Shown: in pieces, positions 50,506 through 60,449 of the stretch
Numbering within the stretch: the first letter of the stretch is position 1
How the letters are laid out: every line of letters starts with the position of its first letter
Source of the DNA: Hydrocarboniphaga sp.
Lineage (GTDB): Bacteria; Pseudomonadota; Gammaproteobacteria; Nevskiales; Nevskiaceae
Assembly (NCBI RefSeq): GCF_028291725.1
Contig: NZ_JAQGNT010000062.1
Location: 2,966-66,965, forward strand
DNA: 64,000 nucleotides
Reading direction: 5' to 3'
Notes under the pieces: model-generated
Seen by the model: the letters and a program-made list of their open reading frames with translations, nothing else
Databases searched by the model: none
What the model was told of the DNA's origin: nothing
Translations under genes and position numbers: made by a program

Positions 50506-51321
50506 ATGCGGCTGATCAACCGCGTGCCGACGCCCGGGCTGCGCATCGGCCTGGCACTGTTGCCGCTGCTGCTGATGGCACTGATCTACCTGAGCGCCTC
50601 GGCCCAGCGTCACGCGGTCAATCCCGACGACAAGCTGCTGCCCAGCGCGGCGCAGATGGTCACGGCGGTCCAGCACATGGGCTTCGAACAGGACACGCGC
50701 AGCGGCCGCTATCTGCTGTGGGCCGATACCGGCGCGAGCCTGCGCCGCCTGGCATTGGGCCTGGGATTGTCAGCGGCGATCGGCCTGGTGTTCGGCATCG
50801 CCGCCGGTACGCTGCCGCTGTTCGCGGCGCCGGTGTCGCCGCTGGTGGCGGTGCTGTCGATGATTCCGCCGCTGGCGGTGCTGCCGATCCTGTTCATCGT
50901 GTTCGGCCTGGACGAGCTGTCCAAAGTCATGCTGATCACCATCGGTGTCGCGCCGATGCTGGTGCGCGATCTCGAGCACCAGGCGCTGCAGATGCCGCGC
51001 GAACTGCTGATCAAGGCGCAGACCCTGGGCGCGAACACCTGGACCACGATCACGCGCGTGGTGCTGCCACAGCTGCTGCCGCGACTGCTGATCGCCTTGC
51101 GCCTGCAACTCGGCTGCGCCTGGCTGTTCCTGATTTCGGCGGAGGCGATCGCCTCCACCGACGGCCTCGGCTATCGCATCTTCCTGATGCGCCGTTATCT
51201 CGCGATGGACGTGATCCTGCCCTATGTCGCCTGGATCACGCTGCTCGCCTACTCGATGGACTGGCTGCTGCGGCGACTGACCGCACGCGCGTTCCCGTGG
51301 TTCGCGGAGAGCGGCAAATGA
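50506..51321 (+). CDS. ABC transporter permease (guanidine/urea carboxylase-associated)
   Basis: SMIPPLAVLPILFI, KAQTLGA, FLISAEAI; operon context. Confidence 0.9.
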   Translation: MRLINRVPTPGLRIGLALLPLLLMALIYLSASAQRHAVNPDDKLLPSAAQMVTAVQHMGFEQDTRSGRYLLWADTGASLRRLALGLGLSAAIGLVFGIAAGTLPLFAAPVSPLVAVLSMIPPLAVLPILFIVFGLDELSKVMLITIGVAPMLVRDLEHQALQMPRELLIKAQTLGANTWTTITRVVLPQLLPRLLIALRLQLGCAWLFLISAEAIASTDGLGYRIFLMRRYLAMDVILPYVAWITLLAYSMDWLLRRLTARAFPWFAESGK

Positions 51322-52136
51322 GCGCACCGGCGGAGGCGGCGGCGTTTCTCGAGTTCCGCCATATCTGGCAGGAATACGGCCCGCACGTGGTGCTGGAGAA
51401 CGTCTCGCTAAGCGTGAATCGCGGCGAATTCTGCACCCTGGTCGGTGCGTCCGGTTGCGGCAAATCCACTTTCCTGCGCCTGCTGCTGGGCCAGGAATCA
51501 CCGAGCCGCGGGCGCATCCTGCTCGACGGCGCCGCGCTCGCAGCCGAGCCCGACGCCACGCGCGGCATCGTGTTCCAGCGCTACTCGGTGTTCCCGCATC
51601 TGACCGTGCGCGACAACGTGATGCTCGGGCTCGAATTGCAGGCGGCGCGCGTCGTCGGCCGGCTGTATGGCAGCGCAAAGCGCCAGGCGCGCGAAACCGC
51701 CGAGCAGATGCTGGCTTCGGTCGGGCTGACGCATTCGATGGCGCTGTACCCGTCGCGCCTGTCCGGCGGCATGCAGCAGCGTCTGGCGCTGGCGCAGGCG
51801 CTGGTGATGCGGCCGCGCGTGCTGCTGCTCGACGAGCCTTTCGGCGCGCTCGACCCCGGCATCCGCCGCGACATGCATGGGCTGCTGCTCGATCTCTGGA
51901 AGCAGACCGGCGTCACCGTGTTCATGGTCACGCACGATCTATCCGAAGGCTTTCGCCTGGGCACGCGGCTGCTGGTATTCGACAAGCTGCGCGTCGATCC
52001 GCAGCACCCCCAGGCCTACGGCGCGCGCATCACCTACGACATCCCGCTGAACCAGGATCGCCGCGCGGCCGTGCTCGATGCACTGCCGCCGGATCTGGTG
52101 ACGCAACTCAGCACGCGCGAGGTTTCCACTTCATGA
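51318..52136 (+). CDS. ABC transporter ATPase
   Basis: GASGCGKST, LSGGMQQR, LLLDEPF, MVTHD. Confidence 0.93.
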   Translation: MSAPAEAAAFLEFRHIWQEYGPHVVLENVSLSVNRGEFCTLVGASGCGKSTFLRLLLGQESPSRGRILLDGAALAAEPDATRGIVFQRYSVFPHLTVRDNVMLGLELQAARVVGRLYGSAKRQARETAEQMLASVGLTHSMALYPSRLSGGMQQRLALAQALVMRPRVLLLDEPFGALDPGIRRDMHGLLLDLWKQTGVTVFMVTHDLSEGFRLGTRLLVFDKLRVDPQHPQAYGARITYDIPLNQDRRAAVLDALPPDLVTQLSTREVSTS

Positions 52137-52855
52137 GCCACGAGCTTGGCGAACTTTATAGCGACCTTCTGCCCGGCGGCGCGCACTGGTCGGCGGTGAT
52201 CCGGCGCGGCCAGAGCCTGCGCATCACCGATCTGGAAGGCGGTGCCAACCTCGCGCTGCTCGCCTACGCGGCCAGCGAGAAAACCGAGCGCCTGAATCTG
52301 CCGGACACGCTGAAGTGCCAGCACTCCGCGCGACTCACCGCCGGCCATTGCCTGTACTCGGACATGGGGCACGTATTGCTGTGCATCACCCAGGACTCGC
52401 TGGGCTGGCACGACGCGATCGGCGGCGTGAGCAATGCGGCCGAGGTGCTGCAGCAGTTCGGTGCCGGCGACTTTCAGGATCTGCGCAACAGCTTCCATCG
52501 CAACGGCCAGGACAACCTGCTGGTCGAGATCGGCAAGTGGGGGCTGACGCGGCGCGATCTGGCGATGAACGTGAATTTCTTTTCCAAAGTGGTCGCCGAT
52601 GATGAAGGCCGATTTGCGTTTGCGACGCCGCATTCGAAGGCCGGCGACTTCGTCGAACTGGTCGCGCCTATGGACACGCTGGTCGTGCTGACCGCGATCC
52701 AGCATCCGCTGGATCCGGTGACCGCCTATGCGCCGAAGCCGGTGCGGCTGAGTGTGTCGCGCGTTGACGATCTGGATGCCGCAATCGCCGCCTGTCGCGC
52801 GTCGCGGCCAGAGAATGCGCGGGGATTGGCGCTGACCGAAAGGCTGGCACTGTGA
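52133..52855 (+). CDS. cgdA: carboxyguanidine deiminase subunit (DUF1989, UAAP2)
   Basis: ERLNLPDTLKCQH, LYSDMG, GWHD, NVNFFSKV, HPLDP. Confidence 0.85.
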   Translation: MSHELGELYSDLLPGGAHWSAVIRRGQSLRITDLEGGANLALLAYAASEKTERLNLPDTLKCQHSARLTAGHCLYSDMGHVLLCITQDSLGWHDAIGGVSNAAEVLQQFGAGDFQDLRNSFHRNGQDNLLVEIGKWGLTRRDLAMNVNFFSKVVADDEGRFAFATPHSKAGDFVELVAPMDTLVVLTAIQHPLDPVTAYAPKPVRLSVSRVDDLDAAIAACRASRPENARGLALTERLAL

Positions 52856-52874
52856 TGATGCTGCGGGGCCTCAA

Positions 52875-52952
52875 TCGCGGACAAGGTCCGCTCCTACAGG
52901 CTTTCTGCGCCGCCTTCGTTGCGCGCCCTGTAGGAGCGGACCTTGTCCGCGA
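52875..52952. repeat. REP family C doublet (GTAGGAGCGGACCTTGTCCGCGA)
   Basis: Two inverted 23-bp copies with GTAG ends facing inward. Confidence 0.85.
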
Positions 52953-52991
52953 AGCTTTCCGTGACGACATGCAAGACCTCGGAGCCACGAA

Positions 52992-53633
52992 GTGAACTTC
53001 ATCGAAAGCCCCTTGAAACCCGAAGCCGCCATCCGCCGCGAAATCGTCCGTGCCGGCGAGCCTTACCTGGGCGAAGTGCGCGCCGGGCAGACACTGCGCA
53101 TTCTCGACCTGACCGGTAACCAGGCGGTCGATACCTTGTTCTACAACGCGCACGATCCCACTGAGCGCTACGACGCGCAGGCGACGCTGCGGGCACAGCG
53201 CCAGGTTTACTTAAGCACCGGATCGAAGCTGCAGTCCACGCTCGGCCGCACGCTGCTGACCATCACCGCCGACACCTGCGGCCGCCACGACACGCTCGGC
53301 GGCGCCTGCGCGCAGGAATCGAACATGGTGCGCTACGCGCTGGACAAGCGGCATATGCACAGCTGCCGGGACAGCTTCCTGCGCGCGATCGCGCACGATG
53401 GTCGCTTAGCCAAGCGCGACCTGACCGCGAACATCAATTTCTTCATGAACGTGCCGGTTACACCGGACGGCGGGCTGACGTTCGAAGATGGCGTTTCCGC
53501 GCCCGGCAAGTACGTCGAGATGTGCGCCGAGATCGATGTGCTGGTGCTGATCTCCAACTGCCCGCAGCTGAACAATCCCTGCAACGCCTACAACCCCACC
53601 CCGATCGAGGTGCTGGTGTGGGCGGCTGCGTAG
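52992..53633 (+). CDS. cgdB: carboxyguanidine deiminase subunit (DUF1989, UAAP1)
   Basis: [52 protein letters not shown] start. Confidence 0.88.
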   Translation: MNFIESPLKPEAAIRREIVRAGEPYLGEVRAGQTLRILDLTGNQAVDTLFYNAHDPTERYDAQATLRAQRQVYLSTGSKLQSTLGRTLLTITADTCGRHDTLGGACAQESNMVRYALDKRHMHSCRDSFLRAIAHDGRLAKRDLTANINFFMNVPVTPDGGLTFEDGVSAPGKYVEMCAEIDVLVLISNCPQLNNPCNAYNPTPIEVLVWAAA

Positions 53634-53795
53634 GGCGGGCCATCGTCACGGTGTCGGAGCGCAGCGACGTGGGTGCGGACGATGGCCCACGCGGCCCCTC
53701 CCGCACCCACGCTGTCGCGACACCGTGTCGGGGCCGCGCCGTGACCCGCCGGTATATCGCCGACTTTGACAACGGCGGGTCACGACCCGCCCTAC
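53630..53795. repeat. REP family D doublet with a nested palindromic insertion
   Basis: GTAGGGCGGG...CCCGCCCTAC outer pair; left arm split by a hairpin of about 100 bp. Confidence 0.7.
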
Positions 53796-53848
53796 GCTCC
53801 GGGACGACCTGCGAGCGTGGTGACCGCCCGACACTCACGAGCCTGAGC

Positions 53849-56800
53849 ATGTTCGACACCGTCCTGATCGCCAACCGCGGCGCCATCGCCGTCCGCATCC
53901 TGCGCACGCTGAAAACCCTGGGCGCGCGCAGCGTCGCGGTGTACAGCGAATCCGACTTCGCCAGCCTGCATGTCGAGCGCGCCGACGAGGCGATCAGTCT
54001 CGGCGAAGGCGCGGCCGCGGCGACTTATCTCGACGCCGCGAAAATTCTGGCTGCAGCGAAAACCAGCGGCGCGCAGGCGATCCATCCCGGCTATGGCTTC
54101 CTGTCCGAGAACGCCAGGTTCGCCGAGGCGGTCGAAGCCGCCGGCCTGGCGTTCATCGGGCCGACGCCGCAGCAGATGCGCGCCTTCGGCCTGAAGCACA
54201 CCGCCCGCGCGCTGGCCAAGGCCAACGGCCTGCCGCTGCTCGAAGGCACCGAGCTGCTCGATTCGCTGGCGCACGCGCATACCGAAGCCGAGCGTGTCGG
54301 CTATCCGGTGATGCTGAAAAGCACCGCCGGCGGCGGCGGCATCGGCATGCGCGTCTGCCGCAGCGCCGACGAGCTCGCCGCGCAGTTCGATGCGGTGAAG
54401 CGGCTCAGCGAAAACAACTTCCGCGACGCCGGCGTATTCCTGGAGCAATACATCACGCGGGCACGGCACATCGAAGTGCAGATTTTTGGCGACGGCAAAG
54501 GCGCCGTGATCGCGCTCGGCGAACGCGATTGCTCGGTGCAGCGGCGCAACCAGAAAGTGATCGAGGAAACGCCGGCGCCAGGGCTCAGCGATGCGCTGCG
54601 CGCCGAGTTGCAGGTGGCGGCGATCAAGCTCGCCGCCGCGGTTGACTACCGCAATGCCGGCACCGTCGAGTTCGTCTACGACGACGATGCGCAGCGCTTC
54701 TATTTTCTGGAAGTGAATACACGGCTGCAGGTCGAGCACGGCGTCACCGAGCAGGTGTTCGGCGTCGATCTGGTGAGCTGGATGCTGAAGCTCGCATCCG
54801 GCGATCTGCCGCCGCTGAGCGAACTCGCGGCCGCGCTGAAGCCGCAAGGCCACGCGATGCAGGCGCGGGTCTACGCCGAAGATCCGGGCCGCGACTTCCG
54901 GCCCAGCCCGGGCCGCCTGAGCCTGGTGCGCTTTCCTCAAGCCGACGGCCACGCGCTGCGCATCGACACCTGGGTGCGCAGCGGCAGCGAGGTGCCGCCT
55001 TGGTTCGACCCGATGATCGCCAAAGTGATCGTGCATGCCAACACGCGCGAACAGGCGCGTGCCGCGCTCGATGAGGCGCTGGCGCGAACCGAACTCTATG
55101 GCCTGGAAACGAATCGCGATTATCTGCGCCAGATTCTGGCCTTCGCACCGTATGTCGAGGGCCGCGCCTGGACGCGCTGCCTCGAAGGCCTGCACTACCG
55201 GCCGCATACGCTGGAAGTGCTGGCGCCGGGCACGCAGACCACGGTGCAGGACTGGCCCGGACGCCTGCGTTACTGGGACGTCGGCATACCGCCTTCGGGG
55301 CCGATGGACGATCGCGCGCTGCGTCTGGGCAATGCCCTGCTCGGCAATCCGCCCGAGGCCGCCGCATTCGAAATCACGCTGGCCGGGCCAACGCTGCGTT
55401 TCAACACCGACGCGGTGATCGCGGTCACCGGCGCGAGCTTGCCGGTGACGCTGGACGGCGACGCGGTCGCGATGAATGTCAGCCTGTTGGTCGACGCCGG
55501 TTCGACGCTCGCCATCGGCCGCATCGCCGGAGCCGGCGCGCGCGCCTATCTTTGTATACGGGGCGGCGTGCAGCTGCCCGACTATCTGGGATCACGCAGC
55601 ACGTTCACGCTCGGGCAGTTCGGTGGTCATGGTGGCCGCGCGCTGGCGGCCAGCGACGTGCTGCATCTGCTGCCGCTGCGGGATCGCTCGGCCGGTGCGC
55701 AGCTCGCGGTCGATTGCCGCTTGCCTGCGGTACGCGAGCTGCGCGTGCTCTACGGCCCGCACGCGGCGCCGGAATATTTCACGGCCGCCTACATGCAGCG
55801 CTTCTTCGATGCCGACTGGGAAGTGCATTTCAATTCGTCGCGCACCGGCGTCCGCCTGATCGGGCCCAAGCCGGAATGGGTACGCGAGGACGGCGGCGAA
55901 GCCGGCCTGCATCCGTCCAATATCCACGACAACGCCTACGCGATCGGCGCGGTGGATTTCACCGGCGACATGCCGGTCATCCTCGGGCCCGACGGGCCCA
56001 GCCTCGGCGGCTTTGTCTGCCCGGTGACGGTGATCGAAGCGGATCTGTGGCAGCTGGGGCAGCTGAAGGCCGGCGATAAGCTGCGGTTTGTCGAGGTGAG
56101 TTACGAGGCGGCGCGCGAGCTTTTCGCAGAGCGCCTGAACGAGATCGAACATATTTCTCCCTCCCCCGCCTGCGGGGGAGGCGTTTGGCCTATCGCGGAG
56201 TGGCATTGGCCACTCCGCGACCAAGCCAAACGCGGGTGGGGGCGCGACGATCAGAGCAGCTCCGCGACGAATGCCCCCATCCCAGCCTTCCCCCGCTTGC
56301 GGGGGAAGGAGACAAGCAACGTGCTGCACTCCCCGATCCTGCTCGAAACCGGCAGCGGCTCCGCGCGGCTGGTCGCGCGCCTTTCGGGCGACACTCATCT
56401 GCTGCTGGAATTCGGCGATGCCGAACTCGATCTGGCGCTGCGCTTCCGCGTCGATGCGCTGATGACGGCGTTCGTCGAGCGCAAACTCGACGGTGTCGTC
56501 GATGTGACGCCGGGCGTACGCAGCCTGCAGATTCACTACCAGCCCCCGATGCTCACCTTGCAGACGCTGCTCGATGAAGTCGCCGCACTGTGGCGGCGTT
56601 TTCACGACGCCCGCGACATCCGGCTGCCGTCGCGCATCGTGCATCTGCCGTTGTCCTGGGACGATCCGGCAACGAAGCTCGCAATCGAAAAATACATGAC
56701 GACGGTGCGCCCGAATGCGCCCTGGTGTCCGTCCAACCTGGAGTTCATCCGCCGCGTCAACGGACTCGCCAGCATCGACGAGGTCAAGCGCATCGTGTTC

Positions 56801-57583
56801 GATGCGAGCTACCTGGTGCTCGGCCTCGGCGATGTCTATCTCGGTGCGCCGGTCGCGACGCCTCTCGATCCGCGGCATCGCCTGGTCACGACCAAGTACA
56901 ACCCGGCGCGCACCTGGACGCCGGAGAACGCGGTCGGCATCGGCGGCGCCTACATGTGCGTCTACGGCATGGAAGGCCCGGGCGGTTACCAGTTCGTCGG
57001 CCGCACCCTGCAGATGTGGAATCGCAATGATCCGCTGCCGGCATTCGACGGCCAGCCCTATTTGCTGCGCTTCTTCGACCAGATCCGTTTCTACGAGGTC
57101 AGCGCCGAAGAACTGCTGGAGATCCGCCGCCGGTTTCCGCTGGGCCGCTACCCCCTGCGGATCGAGGAAAGCACACTGGATCTGGCCGAGTACGAAGCCT
57201 TCCTCGAGCAACAGGCTGAATCCATCGCCGCGTTCCGAGATCGTCAGCGCGCGGCCTTCAACGACGAGCGCGCACACTGGGCCGCCACCGGACTGGCCCA
57301 TTTCGAAAGCCAGGAAGCGCAGGCGGCGCCGGCCGATGCGATCGAACTCGAAGACGGCGAGCAGGGCGTGTACTCGCCGGTCGCCGGCAATCTGTGGCAG
57401 CTGCAGGCGCAGGTCGGCCAGCAGGTCGCCGCCGGCGAGGTCGTTGCGGTGCTCGAGGCGATGAAGATGGAGATCCAGGTCGTCGCGCCGGCATCCGGCC
57501 TGCTGCGCCGCTGCTTCGTGCAGCCGGGATCTTCGCTGCAGGCCGGAACACTGATGCTGACCATCGAGGAACGCGCGGCATGA
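53849..57583 (+). CDS. uca: urea/guanidine carboxylase
   Basis: Biotin carboxylase (ANRG, HPGYGFLSEN, EVNTRLQVEH), carboxyltransferase (HPSNIHDNAY, VDFTGD, GPGGYQ), biotin site EAMKME. Confidence 0.95.
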   Translation: MFDTVLIANRGAIAVRILRTLKTLGARSVAVYSESDFASLHVERADEAISLGEGAAAATYLDAAKILAAAKTSGAQAIHPGYGFLSENARFAEAVEAAGLAFIGPTPQQMRAFGLKHTARALAKANGLPLLEGTELLDSLAHAHTEAERVGYPVMLKSTAGGGGIGMRVCRSADELAAQFDAVKRLSENNFRDAGVFLEQYITRARHIEVQIFGDGKGAVIALGERDCSVQRRNQKVIEETPAPGLSDALRAELQVAAIKLAAAVDYRNAGTVEFVYDDDAQRFYFLEVNTRLQVEHGVTEQVFGVDLVSWMLKLASGDLPPLSELAAALKPQGHAMQARVYAEDPGRDFRPSPGRLSLVRFPQADGHALRIDTWVRSGSEVPPWFDPMIAKVIVHANTREQARAALDEALARTELYGLETNRDYLRQILAFAPYVEGRAWTRCLEGLHYRPHTLEVLAPGTQTTVQDWPGRLRYWDVGIPPSGPMDDRALRLGNALLGNPPEAAAFEITLAGPTLRFNTDAVIAVTGASLPVTLDGDAVAMNVSLLVDAGSTLAIGRIAGAGARAYLCIRGGVQLPDYLGSRSTFTLGQFGGHGGRALAASDVLHLLPLRDRSAGAQLAVDCRLPAVRELRVLYGPHAAPEYFTAAYMQRFFDADWEVHFNSSRTGVRLIGPKPEWVREDGGEAGLHPSNIHDNAYAIGAVDFTGDMPVILGPDGPSLGGFVCPVTVIEADLWQLGQLKAGDKLRFVEVSYEAARELFAERLNEIEHISPSPACGGGVWPIAEWHWPLRDQAKRGWGRDDQSSSATNAPIPAFPRLRGKETSNVLHSPILLETGSGSARLVARLSGDTHLLLEFGDAELDLALRFRVDALMTAFVERKLDGVVDVTPGVRSLQIHYQPPMLTLQTLLDEVAALWRRFHDARDIRLPSRIVHLPLSWDDPATKLAIEKYMTTVRPNAPWCPSNLEFIRRVNGLASIDEVKRIVFDASYLVLGLGDVYLGAPVATPLDPRHRLVTTKYNPARTWTPENAVGIGGAYMCVYGMEGPGGYQFVGRTLQMWNRNDPLPAFDGQPYLLRFFDQIRFYEVSAEELLEIRRRFPLGRYPLRIEESTLDLAEYEAFLEQQAESIAAFRDRQRAAFNDERAHWAATGLAHFESQEAQAAPADAIELEDGEQGVYSPVAGNLWQLQAQVGQQVAAGEVVAVLEAMKMEIQVVAPASGLLRRCFVQPGSSLQAGTLMLTIEERAA
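56157..56311. repeat. palindromic element inserted in frame within uca
   Basis: Hairpins CCTCCCCCGC-CT-GCGGGGGAGG and CCTTCCCCCGC-TT-GCGGGGGAAGG flank a nested 53-bp hairpin. Confidence 0.75.
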
Positions 57584-59367
57584 CCCGGCAGACCCCAACG
57601 ATCGACCTGTCTTTCGACGCGCTGCGCGCCGCGTATCGCGAGCAGCGGCTGACGCCGCGCGCGCTGATGTTGCAACTGCGCGCCCGCGCGCAATCGCTGT
57701 CCGGCTACAACGTCTATATCCATCCGCTCGACGCCGCCGAACTCGAGCCCTACCTGCTCGCGCTGGAGCAGCGCCAGCCGGACGAGCTGCCGCTGTACGG
57801 GCTGCCGTTCGCGATCAAGGACAACATCGACCTCGCCGGCATCCCGACCACGGTTGCCTGCCCTGCTTATGCCTATACGCCGAGCCAGTCGGCAACGGTG
57901 GTCGCGCGCCTGATCGAACTCGGCGCGCTGCCCACCGGCAAGACCAATCTCGACCAGTTCGCGACCGGCCTGAACGGCCAGCGCTCTCCCTATGGCGGCT
58001 GCCGCAACTCGCGCGTCGCCGAATATCCCAGCGGCGGTTCCAGCTCCGGCTCGGCGCTCGCCGTCGCACTCGGCCTGGCGAGTTTCGCGCTCGGCACCGA
58101 CACCGCGGGCTCGGGCCGCATTCCGGCGGCGCTGAATCACCTGGCCGGCACCAAGCCGACGCGCGGCATCGTGTCGACGCACGGCGTGGTGCCGGCCTGC
58201 CGCAGCCTCGACTGCATCGCGTTCCTGACGCGGCAGCCGCGCGAAGCCGGCGAGCTGCTCGCGCTGACCGCGCGTATCGATCAGGCCGATGCCTACAGCC
58301 GCCGCAATCCGGCCTGGAACGCCGCGCGCCATGCCGGTGCCGCGGGATCATTCCGTTTCGGCATTCCGGCGGCGCCGGAATGGCTGGATTGCCGCGAAGC
58401 ACCGCGCCTGTTTGCCAGCGCAAGGGCGGCGCTGGAATCACTCGGCGGTGTTGCCGTCGAAATCGATTTTGCGCCGTTCATGGCGGCGGCACGGCTGCTC
58501 TACGAAGGCCCGTATGCCGCCGAGCGCTATGCCGCGTTCGGCGACATGATCGAGCGCGATCCGCAGGCGGTGCTGCCGGTGATCCGCCAGATCGTCGCGC
58601 CGTCACGCGACACCAGCGCCGCGACGCTGTTCCAGAGCCAGCATCGTCTGCAGGCACTGAAAGCCGAGTGCGATCGTGCGATCGACGGCCTCGATTTCGT
58701 GATGACGCCGACCTATGCACGCGCGCCGACGATTGCCGAACTCCAGGCCGAGCCGGTGCTGCGCAACAGCGAACTCGGCCTGTACACCAACTTCATGAAC
58801 CTGCTCGACTACGCGGCGGTCGCGACGCCGGCCGGCTTTCTGGCCAACGGCCTGCCTTGGGGCGTGACCCTGTTCGGCCGCGCCTTCACCGACCAGTATC
58901 TGATCGGCAGCGCGCAGTCGCTGTCGGATGCCTTGTTCGCAACCGCGGCCGCAAGTCCGATCGCGACCATTGCCAGCGACCGCGCCCGCGTCGTCGTCTG
59001 CGGCGCTCATCTGCAAGGCCTGCCGCTGAATCACCAGCTGCTGACTCGCGGCGCGCGGCTGATCGAGAAAACCCTGTCGGCGCCGAACTACCGGCTCTAT
59101 GCGCTGGCCGGCGGTCCGATCAAGCGGCCCGCGATGCTGCGCAGCGACACCGGCGGCGCCGCGATCGAAGTCGAAGTCTGGGAGCTGCCGAGCGCCGAAC
59201 TCGGCTCGTTCCTGACCGGGATTCCGGCACCGCTGGGGCTGGGCAAGCTGCAGCTGGCCGACGGGAGCTGGGAAACCGGCTTCATCTGCGAAAGCAGCGG
59301 TCTGGCCGGCGCCGAAGACATCACCGCTTTCGGCGGCTGGCGCGCCTGGCTGTCGGCGCGCATCTGA
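57580..59367 (+). CDS. atzF: allophanate hydrolase
   Basis: Amidase signature (KDNID, GGSSSGS, GTDTAGSGR), C-terminal CGAHLQG and GFICE. Confidence 0.93.
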   Translation: MTRQTPTIDLSFDALRAAYREQRLTPRALMLQLRARAQSLSGYNVYIHPLDAAELEPYLLALEQRQPDELPLYGLPFAIKDNIDLAGIPTTVACPAYAYTPSQSATVVARLIELGALPTGKTNLDQFATGLNGQRSPYGGCRNSRVAEYPSGGSSSGSALAVALGLASFALGTDTAGSGRIPAALNHLAGTKPTRGIVSTHGVVPACRSLDCIAFLTRQPREAGELLALTARIDQADAYSRRNPAWNAARHAGAAGSFRFGIPAAPEWLDCREAPRLFASARAALESLGGVAVEIDFAPFMAAARLLYEGPYAAERYAAFGDMIERDPQAVLPVIRQIVAPSRDTSAATLFQSQHRLQALKAECDRAIDGLDFVMTPTYARAPTIAELQAEPVLRNSELGLYTNFMNLLDYAAVATPAGFLANGLPWGVTLFGRAFTDQYLIGSAQSLSDALFATAAASPIATIASDRARVVVCGAHLQGLPLNHQLLTRGARLIEKTLSAPNYRLYALAGGPIKRPAMLRSDTGGAAIEVEVWELPSAELGSFLTGIPAPLGLGKLQLADGSWETGFICESSGLAGAEDITAFGGWRAWLSARI

Positions 59368-59407
59368 GTTGGAAGCGGTGAGAGCACGATGCGCCTGTGG
59401 GATTCAC

Positions 59408-59476
59408 GTCGGCAAAGGATTGCCGATCTACGAGTCGGACGCGCGCCCAGTTGTAGGTCGGCAATCCTTTGCCGAC
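59408..59476. repeat. REP family A doublet (GTAG ends inward)
   Basis: Copies at 59408-59431 and 59453-59476 between convergent genes. Confidence 0.85.
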
Positions 59477-59491
59477 GTGCCAGGCCGAGCT

Positions 59492-60439
59492 TCAGCTGCG
59501 CCTGATCGCTTCCAGCTGTTGCGAAAATTCCAGCAGACTCGCCGGCTGCATCAGCCCGGCCGGCGGCTGTGCACTCGGCAGCGCGGCGCCGATATGGAAA
59601 ATCGTCGGCTCCGCGCCGATGGCGCCGCGCAGCTTCGCCAAGGCCGGCTCGCAGGCTGCAGCGTCCGATGCCGAACTCAGCAACACCGCATTGGCATTGC
59701 GTTGCTGCGCAATAAACGCCAGCTCGTCGATCGGCATCGACGGCCCGACGTAGATCACGTCCCAGCCGGCGCGGCTGGCGGTAACCGCCGCCATCATCGC
59801 GCCGAGTTCCTGCAACTCCCCCGGCGCTGTCGATACGACGACGCTCGACGACCAGGGCGCGGCGCCGCAGCTGGCGAGCAGATCGCCGAGATAGCTGCGC
59901 AGATAGGCCGCGGCGAAGCGCTGGTGCGCAAGCCGCAGCTTGCCGCTGCGAACCTGTGCGGCGATCTCGGCCGCCAGCACGCCGACGAATTCATCGAACA
60001 GCTCAGGCACGCTCAGCGTGCGCGTCGCCTGCAGCAGGGCCTGCGCAAAACCGGCGCCGTCGAGCGCACGCGCGGCATCGAGCGTGACTTCAACCAGCCG
60101 CGCCCGCGGCAGCGGGATGCGCGGCGAGGCCTCGACACCCGGCAAGGTATCGCGGCCCACCAGCGCGCGCAGCTCTTCCATCGGCAGCCGTGCGATCTCG
60201 CCGATACGATGACCCAGCTCGACAGCCTGGCGCAGCAGCACCAGGCGGCGCACTTCCCAGTCGGAATAGAGCCGGCGCGATTTGGATGTGCGCTCGGGCG
60301 TGATCGCCGAATAGCGGCGCTCCCAGGCACGGATCACATGCGCCGAAAGGCCCGAGCGGCGCGCCGCCACATTGATCGGGCAGCGCGGAACTTCGGTAGG
60401 CAGCCTCGTCGCCAGCCCACCTTGCTTATGGTCGTCCAT
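59492..60439 (-). CDS. MerR-family regulator with B12-binding-like domain (CarH/LitR-like)
   Basis: IRAWERRY MerR HTH, RRLYS, helical bundle, GELQELG..GWDVIYVG Rossmann-type domain. Confidence 0.85.
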   Translation of the reverse strand: MDDHKQGGLATRLPTEVPRCPINVAARRSGLSAHVIRAWERRYSAITPERTSKSRRLYSDWEVRRLVLLRQAVELGHRIGEIARLPMEELRALVGRDTLPGVEASPRIPLPRARLVEVTLDAARALDGAGFAQALLQATRTLSVPELFDEFVGVLAAEIAAQVRSGKLRLAHQRFAAAYLRSYLGDLLASCGAAPWSSSVVVSTAPGELQELGAMMAAVTASRAGWDVIYVGPSMPIDELAFIAQQRNANAVLLSSASDAAACEPALAKLRGAIGAEPTIFHIGAALPSAQPPAGLMQPASLLEFSQQLEAIRRS

Positions 60440-60449
60440 GACGCCTCTT

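Noticed and set aside
53522..53848. 109-aa N-terminal extension of uca in the ORF track
   Set aside because: It is read-through of the REP composite; the family start MFDTVLIANRG is at 53849.
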